A DNA stretch of 64,000 bases from Azolla caroliniana (Eukaryota; Plantae; Polypodiophyta), in assembly GCA_043228905.1 (NCBI GenBank), contig JBHGNT010000001.1, forward strand, positions 11,346,001-11,410,000, read 5' to 3'. A program made the translations under genes and the position numbers. Shown piece by piece: positions 1 through 13,359 of the stretch. Each line of letters opens with the position of its first letter. Position 1 is the stretch's first letter. The notes below the pieces were generated by a model. The model saw nothing but the letters and a program-made list of their open reading frames with translations, had not been told where the DNA came from and made no database searches.

Positions 1-214
1 GTTCATGAGTTCAAGTCTTGCGAAGTAACTTTTGGCAAATAAATATTGTAAGTGGTTGTTTTACAAATAAAATTCTTTTCGCGACAACGTCGCATCTATC
101 TTGCCTTCTCGGCTTCTTGTCATTGCACCATTTGTGATTAAATCTTGTCACCCCGATCATCCCCGAGTCACAGAATCCCAATATTTGCGACACACAACCA
201 CAATCTTCTCGACA
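1..214 (+). repeat. 3' part of the 5' LTR of element A
   Basis: Ends ATCTTCTCGACA, the same terminus as solo LTR F read on the minus strand; followed by the PBS. Confidence 0.75.
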
Positions 215-220
215 CAAATT

Positions 221-237
221 TGGTGAACCCGACGTGA
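221..237 (+). promoter_or_regulatory. Primer-binding site complementary to the tRNA-Trp 3' end
   Basis: TGGTGAACCCGACGTGA is the complement of the eukaryotic tRNA-Trp end UCACGUCGGGUUCACCA; lies 6 nt after the LTR end. Confidence 0.8.
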
Positions 238-303
238 AGTGTCGCTAACAAGGGGAGTTTCAGAGTTGAAATTTTCAAATAGAAGGGCAGAAAATCAAAG
301 AAA

Positions 304-1052
304 ATGGCGGATAAAGGTGCCAACACAGACATGGCAAATAAGGGCTTCAATGCAGAGATAGCAAGTTTCATGATGACGATGATAAATCCGATGCTTCAAG
401 TGCAAAGTGCAATGAACCGGATGGAAAGTGAGTTAACGCTTGCCATACGAATGGTTATCGAAAGGATAAGGAAATTTAATGGCAAGGACGTCACTCGGTT
501 CCTTGAGGTCTACAAATACGAGATGGCCAGTAGAGGGGCAACCGGGGTACAAATGGTGTCACATATCAACCGGGTTTGCACACTTGATGTCCAACTGAGG
601 GTAACGGAATTATCAGAGAAATTCTGTAAAGATTGGGCCAGGTTCCATCAAGCATTGCTTGATGAATATATGTTAGACGACCGGACCAGAATGTCAAAGA
701 AAAGCTTTCTCGAATGGACCGAGAAAGGAGGTAAAGGACTCTCAATTTCAGAATTGTTGACAGAGTTTGAGAAAAGATATAATGAGTTCTCAGTGAAAGC
801 CCGAGAACTATTACAGTTAGAAAAGGTGGATTTATTCGTCCGAGCGGCAAATAAATCTTTTAGAAAAGATATCACCATCCTTCTAGAAGACCGGACAAGC
901 ACAACCGGTTTGGTGTCCGATTGGGCGGAAGTACTCGAGTCTTGTCGAGTATTAAGAAGGAGGGTGCTAAGGATGGAGGATGGCTATGACAATAGAACAA
1001 AGACAACAGCCAGAGAACATCCAAAACAAGAATCAGGAACTCAAACGGATGT
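304..1052 (+). pseudogene. gag: Gag N-terminal part of element A, cut by insertion B
   Basis: ORF 304-1113 with FNGKDVTRFLEVYKYEM is homologous to G gag 31673-32449 (FDGRDMTRYLETYKTEM); the last ~20 codons read into the B LTR. Confidence 0.8.
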
Positions 1053-1508
1053 TGTTAGGAATAGTGTTGAGACAGAGAAGAAATTAGTACTAAGAGAGAA
1101 ATATTACTACTAAGAGGAATAGAGGGTGTAGAACACTCGAGAGAAGGAGGGAGGGAGAGAGAGAGAGAGAGAGAGAGAGTGAGTGAGTGAGAGATCGAGG
1201 GAGAGAAAATGATGATAACAAAAGATATATATTATGTTAAGACAATATAAAATAGTAGCTATGAGGCTTAAGACTGGCGTTGAATTGATTTGGTTCGAAA
1301 TAATTCCTTGTGCATCCTTTTATAGTGTTCTCAGGAGTAGTCCCGAAGCTTCTAGAATGTTCCAGAGAAATATGGAATAAACATTAATTTTCTATAGTAA
1401 AATTTAAATAAAAATAATATTTTACGTATTACAATAGATAGTGCAATGGTCAAGAGCTTGACCCATGTGACATGAGGTCATGGATTTGAGTCTTGTCATA
1501 TCATGACA
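1053..1508 (-). repeat. 3' LTR of B
   Basis: TGTTAGGAA...CATGACA; similar to 44755-45193; adjacent PPT reads CTATCCCCCTTTAAAA on the plus strand. Confidence 0.9.
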
Positions 1509-1529
1509 CTATCCCCCCTTTAAAACAAC

Positions 1530-3353
1530 GAGTGTCACAAGTCGTTTTGGATTGCCGTTTAGCTCGTTGGGACTATATCCTAGCTAATCGACTAAATAGT
1601 AGAGCTTGTTGCGAACAATCTTGGAATCAAGGATGGCCGCAACCTCGTACTCAGGTCCATCTTCAAGTTCGATCGAGGGTGGAGGTTGTGGAATATGTCC
1701 TGGGATGGTGTTGTCTTGATAGGGTTCGAGGAGAGAACTATGAAACACCAGATGTATGCGAAGTTGCGAGGGTAGATCGAGACGAAAAGCGACATCATTA
1801 ATCTTTCCGATAATACAGAAAGGACCTAATCGCCGATAATCCAACTTCTCACATGGGTTAGTAGTCTTCATGTGTCGTCGTAGTAGCCATACTTGATCTC
1901 CAATGTTAAAACCAGATGGAAGCCGATGAAGATCCGCGTAAACCTTGTGTGTTTGTTGAGCTTGCTATAGATGAGTAGATAAATCTGTTTGTATCTTGCA
2001 TAACCACTCCAAACGATCCTTTGCGCAAGGATTTGTAGGTAATTCTAAGGTTTCAAATACACACCACCGGGGGTGACAACCCCTATAAGCATAAAATGGC
2101 GTGACTTTAGTCGATGAGTGGACAGAGTTATTATAGGCAAATTCGGCGAGATGGAGAATATCTGCCCAATCATCTTGATGATAGCTTAGAAAGCACTGAA
2201 GATACTGTTCCAGCGTTTGATTTGTTCGTTTTGCTTGGCCGTCAGTTTATGGGTAGTAGCCGGAGGAGAGGTTACAAGTGACCTTGAGCAATTTAAAAAG
2301 GTGCTTCCGGAATTTTGAGACGAATTGGGGTCCACGGTCGCTGATGATATTATCAAGAAGGCCATGATGCCGACATACTTCACGCATGACAATTTCGGCG
2401 GTTTCTTCACTAGATATTTCCTTACTACATGGTAGGAAATGAGCCATCTTCTTATATCAATCTACTACTGTTAAAATCACATTGAATCCCTTAGAGACTG
2501 GAAGATTTGTGATGAAATCTAGAGCAATGGATTGCCACGGCTTGCTTGGAATTGGTAATGGTTCTAATAAACCATATGGATGATGCCTTGGCATTTTTGT
2601 TCTGCAACATGTATCACAAGTCCGAACAAAATCTTCGACAAATTGTCGCATAAAGGGCCACGAGAATGATCATTGTACTAAATCTCATGTCTTAGTACTA
2701 CCAAAATGCCCAGCTGTATATGTATCATGACAGTTTTGGACTACTCGAAGGCGGCAAGAACCATTAGGAACATACAAGAGTTTCTTAAAGAATAGTAATC
2801 TATCATTACATTCGAATTGTCGATAGTCCGTACCTGGTTGTTGCGACTGTGAACAAGATGCTCGAGAGGGATCAATTTGTCCTAGAATGACTTGGGCGAA
2901 AGCATTTGTCTTCAAGTCCTCACGTATGGTATCGATAACGTGGGAATCTAAGGGCATGCCGAAGACCTCTGTTGATTGCTTTTGGTTATCGAAAGTTGGC
3001 TCACTGGGACGCGGTGCTAGATACGAACGCCGTGATAATGCATATGCCTTCCCTTGGTGCTTCCCCGGACGATATGTAATTTTGAAGTCAAAACGCGTGA
3101 GGAATTGGGCCCATCGAGCTTGACGTCCATTTAGCACACAAGCACTCTATAAGTAGGCAAGGTTTTTGTGATCACTGAATACGGTGACTTGATAAGAGGA
3201 TCCCTCTAGAAAATGCCTCCATTGCGTAAAAGAGTCAACCATTGCTAATAACTCCTTATCATGAATTTCATAATTGATTTCGGCGGCGTCAAACTGGCAA
3301 AAGTGGAAAGCCACAAGATGTAGCTTTTCATCATTACCTTGTTGTGATAGAAT
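1530..3353 (-). pseudogene. pol: B pol 3' part: RNase H, integrase, truncated chromodomain (decayed)
   Basis: [54 protein letters not shown]; many stops and frameshifts. Confidence 0.88.
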
Positions 3354-3358
3354 GCTAC

Positions 3359-3792
3359 TATCATGATATGGCAAGACTCGAACCCATGACCTTATACTAC
3401 ATGGGTCGAGCTCTTGACCATTAGACCATACATTGTAATATGTAGAATATTATTTTCATTTATATTTTATTATAGAAAATTGATGTATATTCCAGATTTC
3501 TCTAGAACATTCTAGAAACTTCAGGAGTATTCCTGAGAACACTATAAAAGGAGGCACAAGGCATTATTTCGAACCAAATTGGTTCAACGCCAGTCTTAAG
3601 CCTCCTAGCTACTATTGTATACTCACTTCACATAATATATATCTTTTATCATCATTCTCTCGCCCTTTCTTTCTCTCTATCTCTCTCTCTCTCGCTCACT
3701 CTTTCCTTCTCTCGAGAGTTCTACACCTCTCTTAGTACTAATCCTCATCTTTTAGTACTAATTCCTTCTTTGTCTTAGTACTGATCCTGACA
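3359..3792 (+). repeat. 5' LTR of C
   Basis: TATCATGATATGG (TG mutated to TA)...CCTGACA; TATA box at ~3543; (CT)n tract. Confidence 0.9.
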
Positions 3793-4906
3793 ATTTGAAC
3801 CGATCTTCTGTCCTCCTTTCCTCTTCCTTTCCTCTTCTTACATATCCCCTTTTTCCGGTCTTCTTTTCGGTTTCCCTCATCTTCTTACCCCTTTCTTCCT
3901 TTCATACTAATCCTCTTATCCTCCCTAGTAAAATGGAAATTGTTAGCTCAGGAATACCAATCTGTTTTCTCGGAGCTCCAGTGCTTAAAGGAGAAATTCA
4001 TAGCACCAGAACAAGAAAATCACCGTTTGTTGGGGGATCTTCAACAAATAGTGTTTGAAAAACAACAACACGGGGAGTTGACGTTGCATGTGCAACAACT
4101 CGAAGCAACCATCGTAGTGATGCAACAACAAGGACCCGGAACACAAGGGATTCATAAAGAACCCAAGATCGGCCTTCCCACAAAATTCGATGGAACGTGA
4201 TCACAGTTTAGAGGGTTCCTTAATCAAGTACGACTAGTTATTCAAATGCATCCTTCCCGATATCCCACCGATGCATCACAAGTGGGTTTAGTAGGCACGT
4301 TGTTAAGTGGCTCAACGTTGGCATGGTTCGCTCCGATGTTAGAAAACAAATCTCCATTACTAAACAATTTTGAAGAATTTATAAGTGAGTTTAAAGCCTG
4401 TTTTGGAGATACTGACAACATAAGGACAACAATCAACAAAATCTGATAACTACGTCAAGGCGATCGTCCAGCCTCCGCATATGCTACAGATTTTCACCTA
4501 CTTGCCTCTGATATCCCTTGGGATGATCAAGCGTTAATGGAGAAATTTCGTTATGGTCTACCTAACGATGCCAAATATTTACTCTTGACCTTTCTCGAAG
4601 AACCAAGTCATTAACAAAAGCAATCAGTCGCACAGTGAGATGCGACAATCGCCTCTTCGAACGGCGTTCGGAACGTCAGTTCCAAATGCCAAGGGCAAGA
4701 TCTGAGCCTACCTACGCCTCCGTGGTAGCGAAACCTTTTCCGAGGGATTCATATAATGCGACTCCAGTAAGTACTCCAACTCCGATGGAAATTGACACCA
4801 CACGTCATCGTGGACCGCTATCGGAAGAAGAAAAGCAATGACGCCAAGCAAACTAACTATGTCTTTATTGTAGTGGACCAGGGCATATCATGGTAAACTG
4901 TCCCCG

Positions 4907-5052
4907 TAGGCCAAGAAGGCAGGTAAACCAAATAGTTGCTAGTTCTGATTGTACTAAACTTGACTCTATTTTAGTAGGGTAGGCCAAGAAGGCAGGTAAA
5001 CCAAATAGTTGCTAGTTCTAATTGTACTAAACCTGACTCTATTTTAGTAGGG
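4907..5052 (+). repeat. 73-bp tandem duplication in C gag
   Basis: TAGGCCAAGAAGGCAGG...TTTTAGTAGGG at 4907 and 4980. Confidence 0.85.
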
Positions 5053-5063
5053 ATATATGATAG

Positions 5064-5788
5064 TCCTAATAGTACTAATAGCCCAAATCTAGGGAATAAA
5101 TTTAATATCCTTAGTCAGTTAGAACAAGAGTTAAACGACTAAGTCCAGCCAAAATAGGAGCCGTTTGGTTGGACAGCCCTAGATCTGTGTAGCCCATTAG
5201 TGGTTCCATTCTCTCTAAGCAAGTTAGCAATGTGTTTGTAGCCCAAGTAACAGTTAGTACTAAAAGTACCCCTCCAGTACATGTCTTAGCACTTCTAGAT
5301 TCTGTAGTAACAGTTAGTACTAATAGTACTAATAGCCCAAATCTAGGGAATAAATTTGATATCCTTAGTCAGTTAGAACAAGAGTTAAACGACTAAGTCC
5401 AGCCAAAATAGGAGCTGTTTGGTTGGACAGCCCTAGATTTGTGTAGCCCATTAGTGGTTCCATTCTCTCTAAGCAAGTTAGCAATGTGTTTGTAGCCCAA
5501 GTAACAGTTAGTACTAAAAGTACCCCTCCAGTACATGTCTTAGCACTTCTAGATTCTGTAGTAACAGTTAGTACTAATAGTACTAATAGCCCAAATCTAG
5601 GGAATAAATTTGATATCCTTAGTCAGTTAGAACAAGAGTTAAACGACTAAGTCCAACCAAAATAGGAGCCGTTTGGTTGGATAGCCCTAGATCTGTGTAG
5701 CCCATTAGTGGTTCCATTCTCTCTAAGCAAGTTAGCAATGTGTTTGTAGCCCAAGTAACAGTTAGTACTAAAAGTACCCCTCCAGTAG
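5064..5788 (+). repeat. 254-bp tandem triplication spanning the gag/pol junction of C
   Basis: GCCCAAATCTAGGG at 5081, 5335 and 5589; single copy in B (~43290-43540). Confidence 0.9.
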
Positions 5789-8079
5789 ATGCCCAGCCTC
5801 TGTAGTAGTCATTGATGGTCGTCCCATTGCTTCCGGAAATATCATAGAAGAGTCAGAGCCCATTAATATTGTCCTAGATAATCTAGCATGTGTAGTATCA
5901 TTTAATATAATTTGCATCCCAGAATACCCCATTGTTTTAGGATTACCATGGTTCGAATTACATAACCCAAACATAGATTGGAGAACAAGAGAAATCCAGT
6001 ATCGAAAAGCCTGAGGGTCTACTCATGAGATTGCAACCATTTCGCTACATCAGTTGCGGGAAGAAGGACACAAGGAAGAAATGTTTCTCTTCGCAATATC
6101 AGTAAAGCCCTCAGACACCATTAAAGAGGAGTCCACCGTTCAACTTCCAAAGAAGTATCATCATTATGCCGATGTGTTCGATAAAGTACAAGCCAATATG
6201 CTTCCTCACCATCGACCGTATGATTGCCCCATCGATTTACAACCGGGGAAAGAACCACCATGGGGACTGATCTACAATTTCTCACCAGCCGAGCTAGAAG
6301 TCCTACGAGCCTATATAGAGGAGAATTTGGAAAATGGTTTCATTCGGCATTTCAAATCTCCAGCCGGCGCACCCATTTTCTTCGTCAACAAAAAGGATGG
6401 ATCACTTCGTCTCATTGTAGATTACCAGGGCTTGAATAAGGTCACCATCAGAAATAGGTATGCACTTCCCCTTATCTCAAGTCTTTTAGAACGGATCAAT
6501 GGTGTAAGGTTCTTCACGAAGATCGACTTACGAGGAGCATATAACCTCGTACGGATCCGACCAAGAGATGAATGGTAGACTGCGTTTCGCACCAGATATG
6601 GGCACTTCGAGTATACGATCATGTCGTTCGGCCGCACTAATGCGCCATCAGTCTTCCAACACATGGCAAATGATATATTCCAAGATCTCTTGGATGTTTG
6701 TTTGATCATCTATTTGGATGATCTACTGGTTTATTCGAAGACCCAAGAAGAGCATGATTCTCATGTACTGTTAGTACTAAAATGACTTCGAGAACATGGT
6801 CTTTATGCAATGTTGGAAAAATGTAGTTTTGGGTGCAACTAGGTGGAATTTCTAGGCTATGTCATTTCCTCGGAAGGCATCTCCATGGACCCAGCTAAGG
6901 TCAAAATTGTGGTAGAGTGGCAGACTCCACGTTCAGTGCGAGATGTGCAATGCTTTTTAGTCTTTGCCAATTTTTACCGGAAGTTCATACAAGATTACTC
7001 AAAGCTCGTTCTGCCTCTCACATAGCTTACCAGGAAGGGACAATCGTTCGTTTGGTCTAAAGAAGCGGACATGGCTTTCGAGAGTCTTAAAAAGGCATTT
7101 ACATCAGCTCCAATTCTAGCTCATGTCGATCCAGAAAAACCATTCATTATCGAAGCAGACGCATCGGATTTCGCATTAGGGAGCATTCTGTCACAACGGG
7201 GTAATGATGAGAACCTACATCCCGTGGTTTTTCACTCACGCAAGTTTGATGCCGCTGAAATCAACTACGAAATTAATGATAAGGAACTATTGGCAATAGT
7301 GGACTCTTTTATGCAATGGAGGCATTTTCTAGAGGGATCCTCTCATCAAGTCACCGTATTCAATGACCACAAAAACCTTGCCTACTTTCAGGATGCTCGT
7401 GTGTTAAATCGACGTCAAGCTCATGGGCCCACTTCCTCACGCGTTTCAACTTCAAAATTACATATCGCTTGGGGAAGCACCAAGGGAAGGCAAATACATT
7501 ATCATGGCGTTCGTACCTAGCACTGCGTCCCGGTGAGCCAGCATTTGATAACCAAAAGCAAGTAATCTTGGGAACGACACGACTGCAAGCAACACAACTC
7601 TTTGGCATGCCCATGGATTCCCACGTTATCGATACTATACGTGAGGACTTGAAGACCGATGCTTTCGCCCAAGACATTCTAGCACAAATTGATCCCTCTC
7701 GAGCATCTTGTTCACAGTCGCAACCACCAGGTACGGACTATCAGCAATTCAAATACCATGATGGATTACTATTCTTTAATGAACTCTTGTATGTTCCTAA
7801 TGGTTCTTGCCGCTTTCGATTAGTCCAAAACTATCATGACACATATACAGTTGGGCATTTTGGTAGTACTAAAACATTAGATTTAGTACAACGATCATTT
7901 TGGTGGCCCCGTATGTGACAATTTGTCGAATATTTTGTTTGGACTTGTGATACATGCTACAGAGAGAAAATGCCAAGGCATCATCCATATGGTTTATTAG
8001 AACCATTACCAATTCCAAGCAAGCCGTGGCAATCCATTGCTCTAGATTTCATCACAGATCTACCAGTCTCTAAGGGGTT

Positions 8080-8133
8080 TGTAAAGAATCGGGTAGGATT
8101 CTTGTGTAGCGGAATAGGTGTGAACTCTGTGTG

Positions 8134-8168
<35 letters not shown>

Positions 8169-8471
8169 AGGAGTAAGACACAGAGTATACGCAAGTTAGA
8201 TTATATTAACAAAGGAGAAAGACTCAACACAATACAAGGTGGGAGGAGGGTGCTTTATATAGTCACCCTCTCTCTTCATTAACTACAAGAATCATGGAGC
8301 ATGGGGAATGTGAAAGCTCATAAGTTATGTGTCATAGAATATAATTCTATGACTCATACTAAATGCTAGAATACAAAGAGGTGACATAATGGTGACTCTT
8401 GACCGTTGGAGTGTCTATTCACTCTCAAGGTGAGTTCACACACTAGACCAAGTTGAGCTTGATTCTCAACA
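8080..8471 (-). repeat. 3' LTR of D
   Basis: TGTAAAGAATC...TCTCAACA; near-identical to 12968-13354. Confidence 0.93.
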
Positions 8472-8558
8472 CGCCCCCTCAAGCTCAAGTCGGGCCAGTT
8501 TCAGACGGTATCCGAAATCCGCTTTGACTCGCGTTTCGGAGTCCACGTCGACTCGCAG

Positions 8559-11500
8559 TTATGCGGAGTTGCGGAATCCGTGCTCTAGCTTGCGTTGTGC
8601 ATAGTTGCGAAGTTTGTGCTTCGGCTTGTGTCTTTCTTCGCGGCTTTGCGCAGTAGATCGGCTCTTCGCGGCTTCGTTGCGTGGTTGCGTAATCCACGCG
8701 TTCTTACGTAGTGTGCGCGGCTTGCGGAATCCACGCGTTATTTGCGTAATGTCTTCAGGACTCCCCGTCAAGCTTGGCAGGTCAGGCATCGTCAATCCGA
8801 GATCGGTCATGAATTGCCACAACTTGTCGGGTCCTAAGGCTTTAGTGAAGATGTTGGCCTTTTGAAGATTTGTGCTAATGTGTTGTAGGTCAACATCGCC
8901 AGCTATAATGCGCTCTCGGATGAAGTGATAGTGCACTTCGATGTGCTTTGTCCATGCATGGAACACCAGGTTCCGAGCCAGATAGATACTGCTCATGTTG
9001 TCACAGTAAAGGGAAGTCGGATCCTTGATGGGTACGCCCAGATCCTTCAAAATCCTCTTGAGCCACACGGCTTCACACGCAGCTATGGTTGCGCCCCTGT
9101 ATTCCCCCTCCGTACTCGAAAGAGCGACGGTAGGCTGGTTCTTGCTACTCTAGGATATTGCTCCGCTGCTGAGGGAGATAAAAAATCCGGAGGTTGATCT
9201 TCTATCGGCTTTGTAGTCGGCCCAATCGGCGTCTGTGTACCCCTCGAGGCATATTGGCATCGCGGTCTTGTAGAGGATGCCGCAATCCATTGTGCCGCTC
9301 ACATATCGTAGAGCTCGCTTAGCGCAATCCAAGTGAGTATCACGCGGTGTTTGCATGAATTGACTAAGGAGACCGACCGGATAACTGAGATCGGGTCGAG
9401 TGATCGTGAGGTAGATGAGACTCCCAATGAGTTGCCGATACTGAGTCGGCTCACACGCTTTGGTGCCGGAGTTCGCATCTAGTTTGAGATTACGATCGAG
9501 TGGGGTTGCTACGGATTTGCACTTAGCCATACCGAACTTGTATAACAAGTTGAGGATGTAGTGCCATTGAGAAATCATGATTCCGGCCGGAGTCTGAATT
9601 ACCTCGATGCTGAGGAAGTAGTGGAGTTCCTTCATGTCCGTCATCTCGAACTTGTCGGAAAGGAGGGATTTGACCGTATTGATTTCGACGAGATGCTCAC
9701 TCCAATGACTAGGTCATCCACATATAAGATGATGATGATTGGACTTGCGGAATCGCTTCGTATGTAGAGGGAGTTGTCCGATTTTGACATACGGAAGCCG
9801 ATTTGATGAAGATATTGCGTTATCTTCGAATGCCAAGCACGCGGTGCTTGCTTGAGGCTGTAGAGTGACTTCTTGAGTCGGCAAACAGCTTTTGGATGGG
9901 TGCTCGAGTTGAAGCCGGGTGGTTGGATCATGTACACCTCCCCTTCTAATTCGCCTTGTAGAAAGGCGTTCTTGATGTCCATTTGATGGAGGTGCCACCC
10001 TTTCGTCGCGGCAAGCGCAATTACAGTTCATACCGTCGTCATCTTTGCCACTAGGGCAAAGGTCTCTTTGTAGCCAACACCGTGCGTATGTGTGTAGCCT
10101 TTCGCTATGAGTCGCGCTTTGTAGCGGTTGACGGAACCGTCGGCGTTGTACTTCACTTTGTAAATCCATCTGCATTCGATCGCCTTTTTGTGTGGTGAGG
10201 TGGGAACGAGATCCCACGTCTCGTTCTTCCGTAGTGCCTGCATCTCCTCATTCATTGCTTCGATCCATCGCGGGTTCTTTGCGGCTTCGGAGAATGTTTC
10301 CGGCTCGCGTACTGTTGCCACCTTCATCATTATAGCATAGTGATATGCCATGTAATCATTGTACCCGAATTGGCTGACCGAATTCTTTTCACGGGTGGAG
10401 CGACGGAGCTTTTCATTTGCAGAGATGAGGGCTTTCTTAGCTCCGATTGGTACATCGAAGCCGTCGAACTCACTGTCGAGTGAGTGAGTCGACTCGTCTT
10501 CGTCGAAGCGATCGTCTGCGTATTCCGCCATTTTCGCCTTGCCTTTGTCCATCTTCAGGCTAGGCCGTGATGTGCTTTGATCGCTCAAAGGTTCTTGTGG
10601 TCCACTCAGTCGGGTCGTGATCGGACTTTCTTCGAACATGCGCGTAAGGCAATCTTCATCCTCTATCTCTTGTTCGGCGGATTTCGGGTCAAGCGGAGTC
10701 AGAGTTGAAGTTGTATTTTTCATGCGGAGTGACCTCGTGCACGCCGGATGTTGTGCACCGGTTCATTAGGTAGACGGCCGTATTTGCAACTTCAGCCCAA
10801 TACGACTTGGGCATATGCTTCTTGTTTATCATGGCCCGTGCTACTTCGAGGATGTGCCTATTTTTGCGCTCGGCTACTCCATTTTGTTGCGAACTGTGTT
10901 GGCAAGTGAATTCTCGCTGAATTCCTTCCTTTCGGAGATAACGCCGTGAAATCGTCCGAGAAGTACTCCTTGCCGCCATCCAATTGGAGACATCGTACAT
11001 GTCGGCCCGTGGCTTTCTCGACTTCATTCTTGAATTTTTGGAAGTGTTCGAACACTTTGCTCTTTTGCCGCATCGGATAGATCCAAATGTGCCTCGAAAA
11101 GTCGTCGATGAAGAGCACGTAATATCGGCATCTGCTGAATGTAGTCGTCTGCGCCAGTCCCCATACGTCGGAGTAGACTACATCGAGTAGACCTTTGCTC
11201 ACATTCCGCTCTTTCGGGAATGGGTGTCGGTGTTGCTTGCCGAATTGGCACGCTTCGCATACACCTTCAATCTCCTTCTCTTTGAATGTCGGGAGTTCGA
11301 TGACGACTCCTTTCGATTTCATTGCTTTGAGTTTGTTGAGATTGATGTGGCCGATTCGCTTATGCCATAGCTCTATGTCGGAATCGGCTTTTGTGCTTTT
11401 CACGAACATGGCGGATTTCATCTCGTGTGAATCGAGAATGAACATCCGGCCCTCTCTTCTTCCACGTGTGATGATTTGGCCTTCTTTTTCGATGAAGCAC

Positions 11501-12800
11501 CCTTCTTGGTCGAATCATACTTGCATCCCTTGCTCAACCATTTGGCTGACCGAGATCAAATTCTTCGTGATGGTGGGAACATGCAAGACATTTTTAATCT
11601 ATGTTTGCTTATCTCTTTCACCAAACAGAACATTGCCGATGTGCCAAATCGGGTGCGTAGTGTCATCTCTGGTTTCGACATAACCGGGTCACTCCAGCTC
11701 TCGAAGTTCGAGAAACCATTCTTTATGGGAAGTCATATGGTTTGAGGCTCCGGAGTCAACAAACCATACGTCCTCCGGATTGAGGGCACTAGTTGAGGTA
11801 GAGGCCGACATAGAGTTTGCTCTATGTTTCATCATGAACATACCACCACGGTCGGAGTTGCGTGCATACATTCTGCCACGATCTTCGTAGTCAGAGTTGT
11901 TCCCGTACATTCCACTATACTCTTCGTAGTCGGAATTGTGCGCGTAATTCGTGAGTTGTCGGTTTGTGGAAGCCGATTCACGCATCTTCTTTCGGCACTC
12001 TTCTTCGTGGTGGCCGAGCTTTTCGCAATATCCGCATTCGGTTGCGTTTTGACGGCTCAGGCCGGAGTGGAAGCTCCCCCTTCTTGCAAACGTTCCTCGT
12101 TGGCTTCCATTTTGTAGCCGAAGTTGGGAGTTGTTATCGTAGCTCGGACCTTGTACGCCTTGTCCTTGGCCGAATCGGCCTCTCGACCGTCTGCGTCCTC
12201 TTCCTCCGTTCGAGTGCGTGTAGAGCATGTGGCCTTCCAACTCTTTGCTCCTTGTACGCACGTGGTTTTCTTCGACCAATAGCATTGATTGGAGCTCGAA
12301 GAAGGAGGGAGATTTCTCCCGTGCTACAACGGCGGTTTGCATCGCGCCGAACTGTGGTGCGAGGCCGCCGAGGCATATTTAAACCATCTCATCATCATCG
12401 ATATTTACGCTTATTGAGCCGAGCGAATCGCAAAGCTCCTTGATCTTAGAGGTGTATGTCGTAATGGACATGTCCCTTCTGACGGAGTTGAAGCCTTCTA
12501 GCGGTTGTGTTCGCCGCGAAAATCTTTCGTAGATTTTCCCATGCCTCCTTCGGCTTCTTGGCTTCGCGAATGTAGCCGAGCATGTGATCGTGAACACATG
12601 TCGCCAAGAAATACATCATGCGGCTTGCGGCTTTCTCCCATGTCGCGTATCCGGGAGCCGCTTCGACAGGTCGGTCTTCATGCACTCCTTTGATGTAGCT
12701 CCAATAGCCTTGTCCGACAAGGTATTGGTGCATCTTGTACTCCCAAGATGCGAAGTTGTTTCAATCCAACTTCTCGGTAGGGAGAACGCTCCCCATTTGA
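8559..12800 (-). pseudogene. pol: D gag-pol (gag, protease, integrase, RT, RNase H); frameshifted, with an internal deletion near 10710
   Basis: WFVDSGASNHMT, LWHKRIGH, FIDDFSRH, QNGVAERKNR, MDIKNAFL, LYVDD, YTDADWA, KHIEVHYHF. Confidence 0.9.
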
Positions 12801-12967
12801 GTATTCATTACGTCGATTCTTCTTCTTCTTCTTCTCTCTTCGAATGCAAGCTATGTAGCGAAGCTACGATGGCGATGAGCCGGTTCTTGGTCGTTGGCGT
12901 GGAGCACAACACACAATCACGATGAGACGAATGGGCTAGATCGAACTACCAAATCGCTCTGATACCA

Positions 12968-13023
12968 TGTAAAGAATCGGGTAGGATTCTTGTGTAGCGG
13001 AATAGGTGTGAACTCTGTGTGTG

Positions 13024-13071
<48 letters not shown>

Positions 13072-13354
13072 ACGCAAGTTAGATTATATTAACAAAGGAG
13101 AAAGACTCAACACAATACGAGGTGGGAGGAGGGTGCTTTATATAGTCACCCTCTCTCTTCATTAACTACAAGACTCATGGAGCATGGGGAATGTGAAAGC
13201 TCATAAGTTATGTGGCATAGAATATGATTCTATGACTCATACTAAATGCTAGAATACAAAGAGGTGACATAATGGTGACTCTTGACCGTTGGAGTGTCTA
13301 TTCACTCTCAAGGTGAGTTCACACACTAGACCAACTTGAGCTTGATTCTCAACA
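12968..13354 (-). repeat. 5' LTR of D
   Basis: Adjacent to PBS TGGTATCAGAGC on the minus strand. Confidence 0.93.
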
Positions 13355-13359
13355 GGGTT

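Larger units (their letters stand above)
3933..8079 (+). pseudogene. C gag-pol 5' part: gag, rearranged protease, RT, RNase H, integrase start
   Basis: [60 protein letters not shown]; many stops. Confidence 0.88.
8080..13354 (-). mobile_element. Element D: Ty1/Copia LTR retrotransposon inserted in C integrase
   Basis: TSD GGGTT (8075-8079/13355-13359); near-identical LTRs at 8080-8471 and 12968-13354; tRNA-iMet PBS 12956-12967; PPT 8472-8489. Confidence 0.95.
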
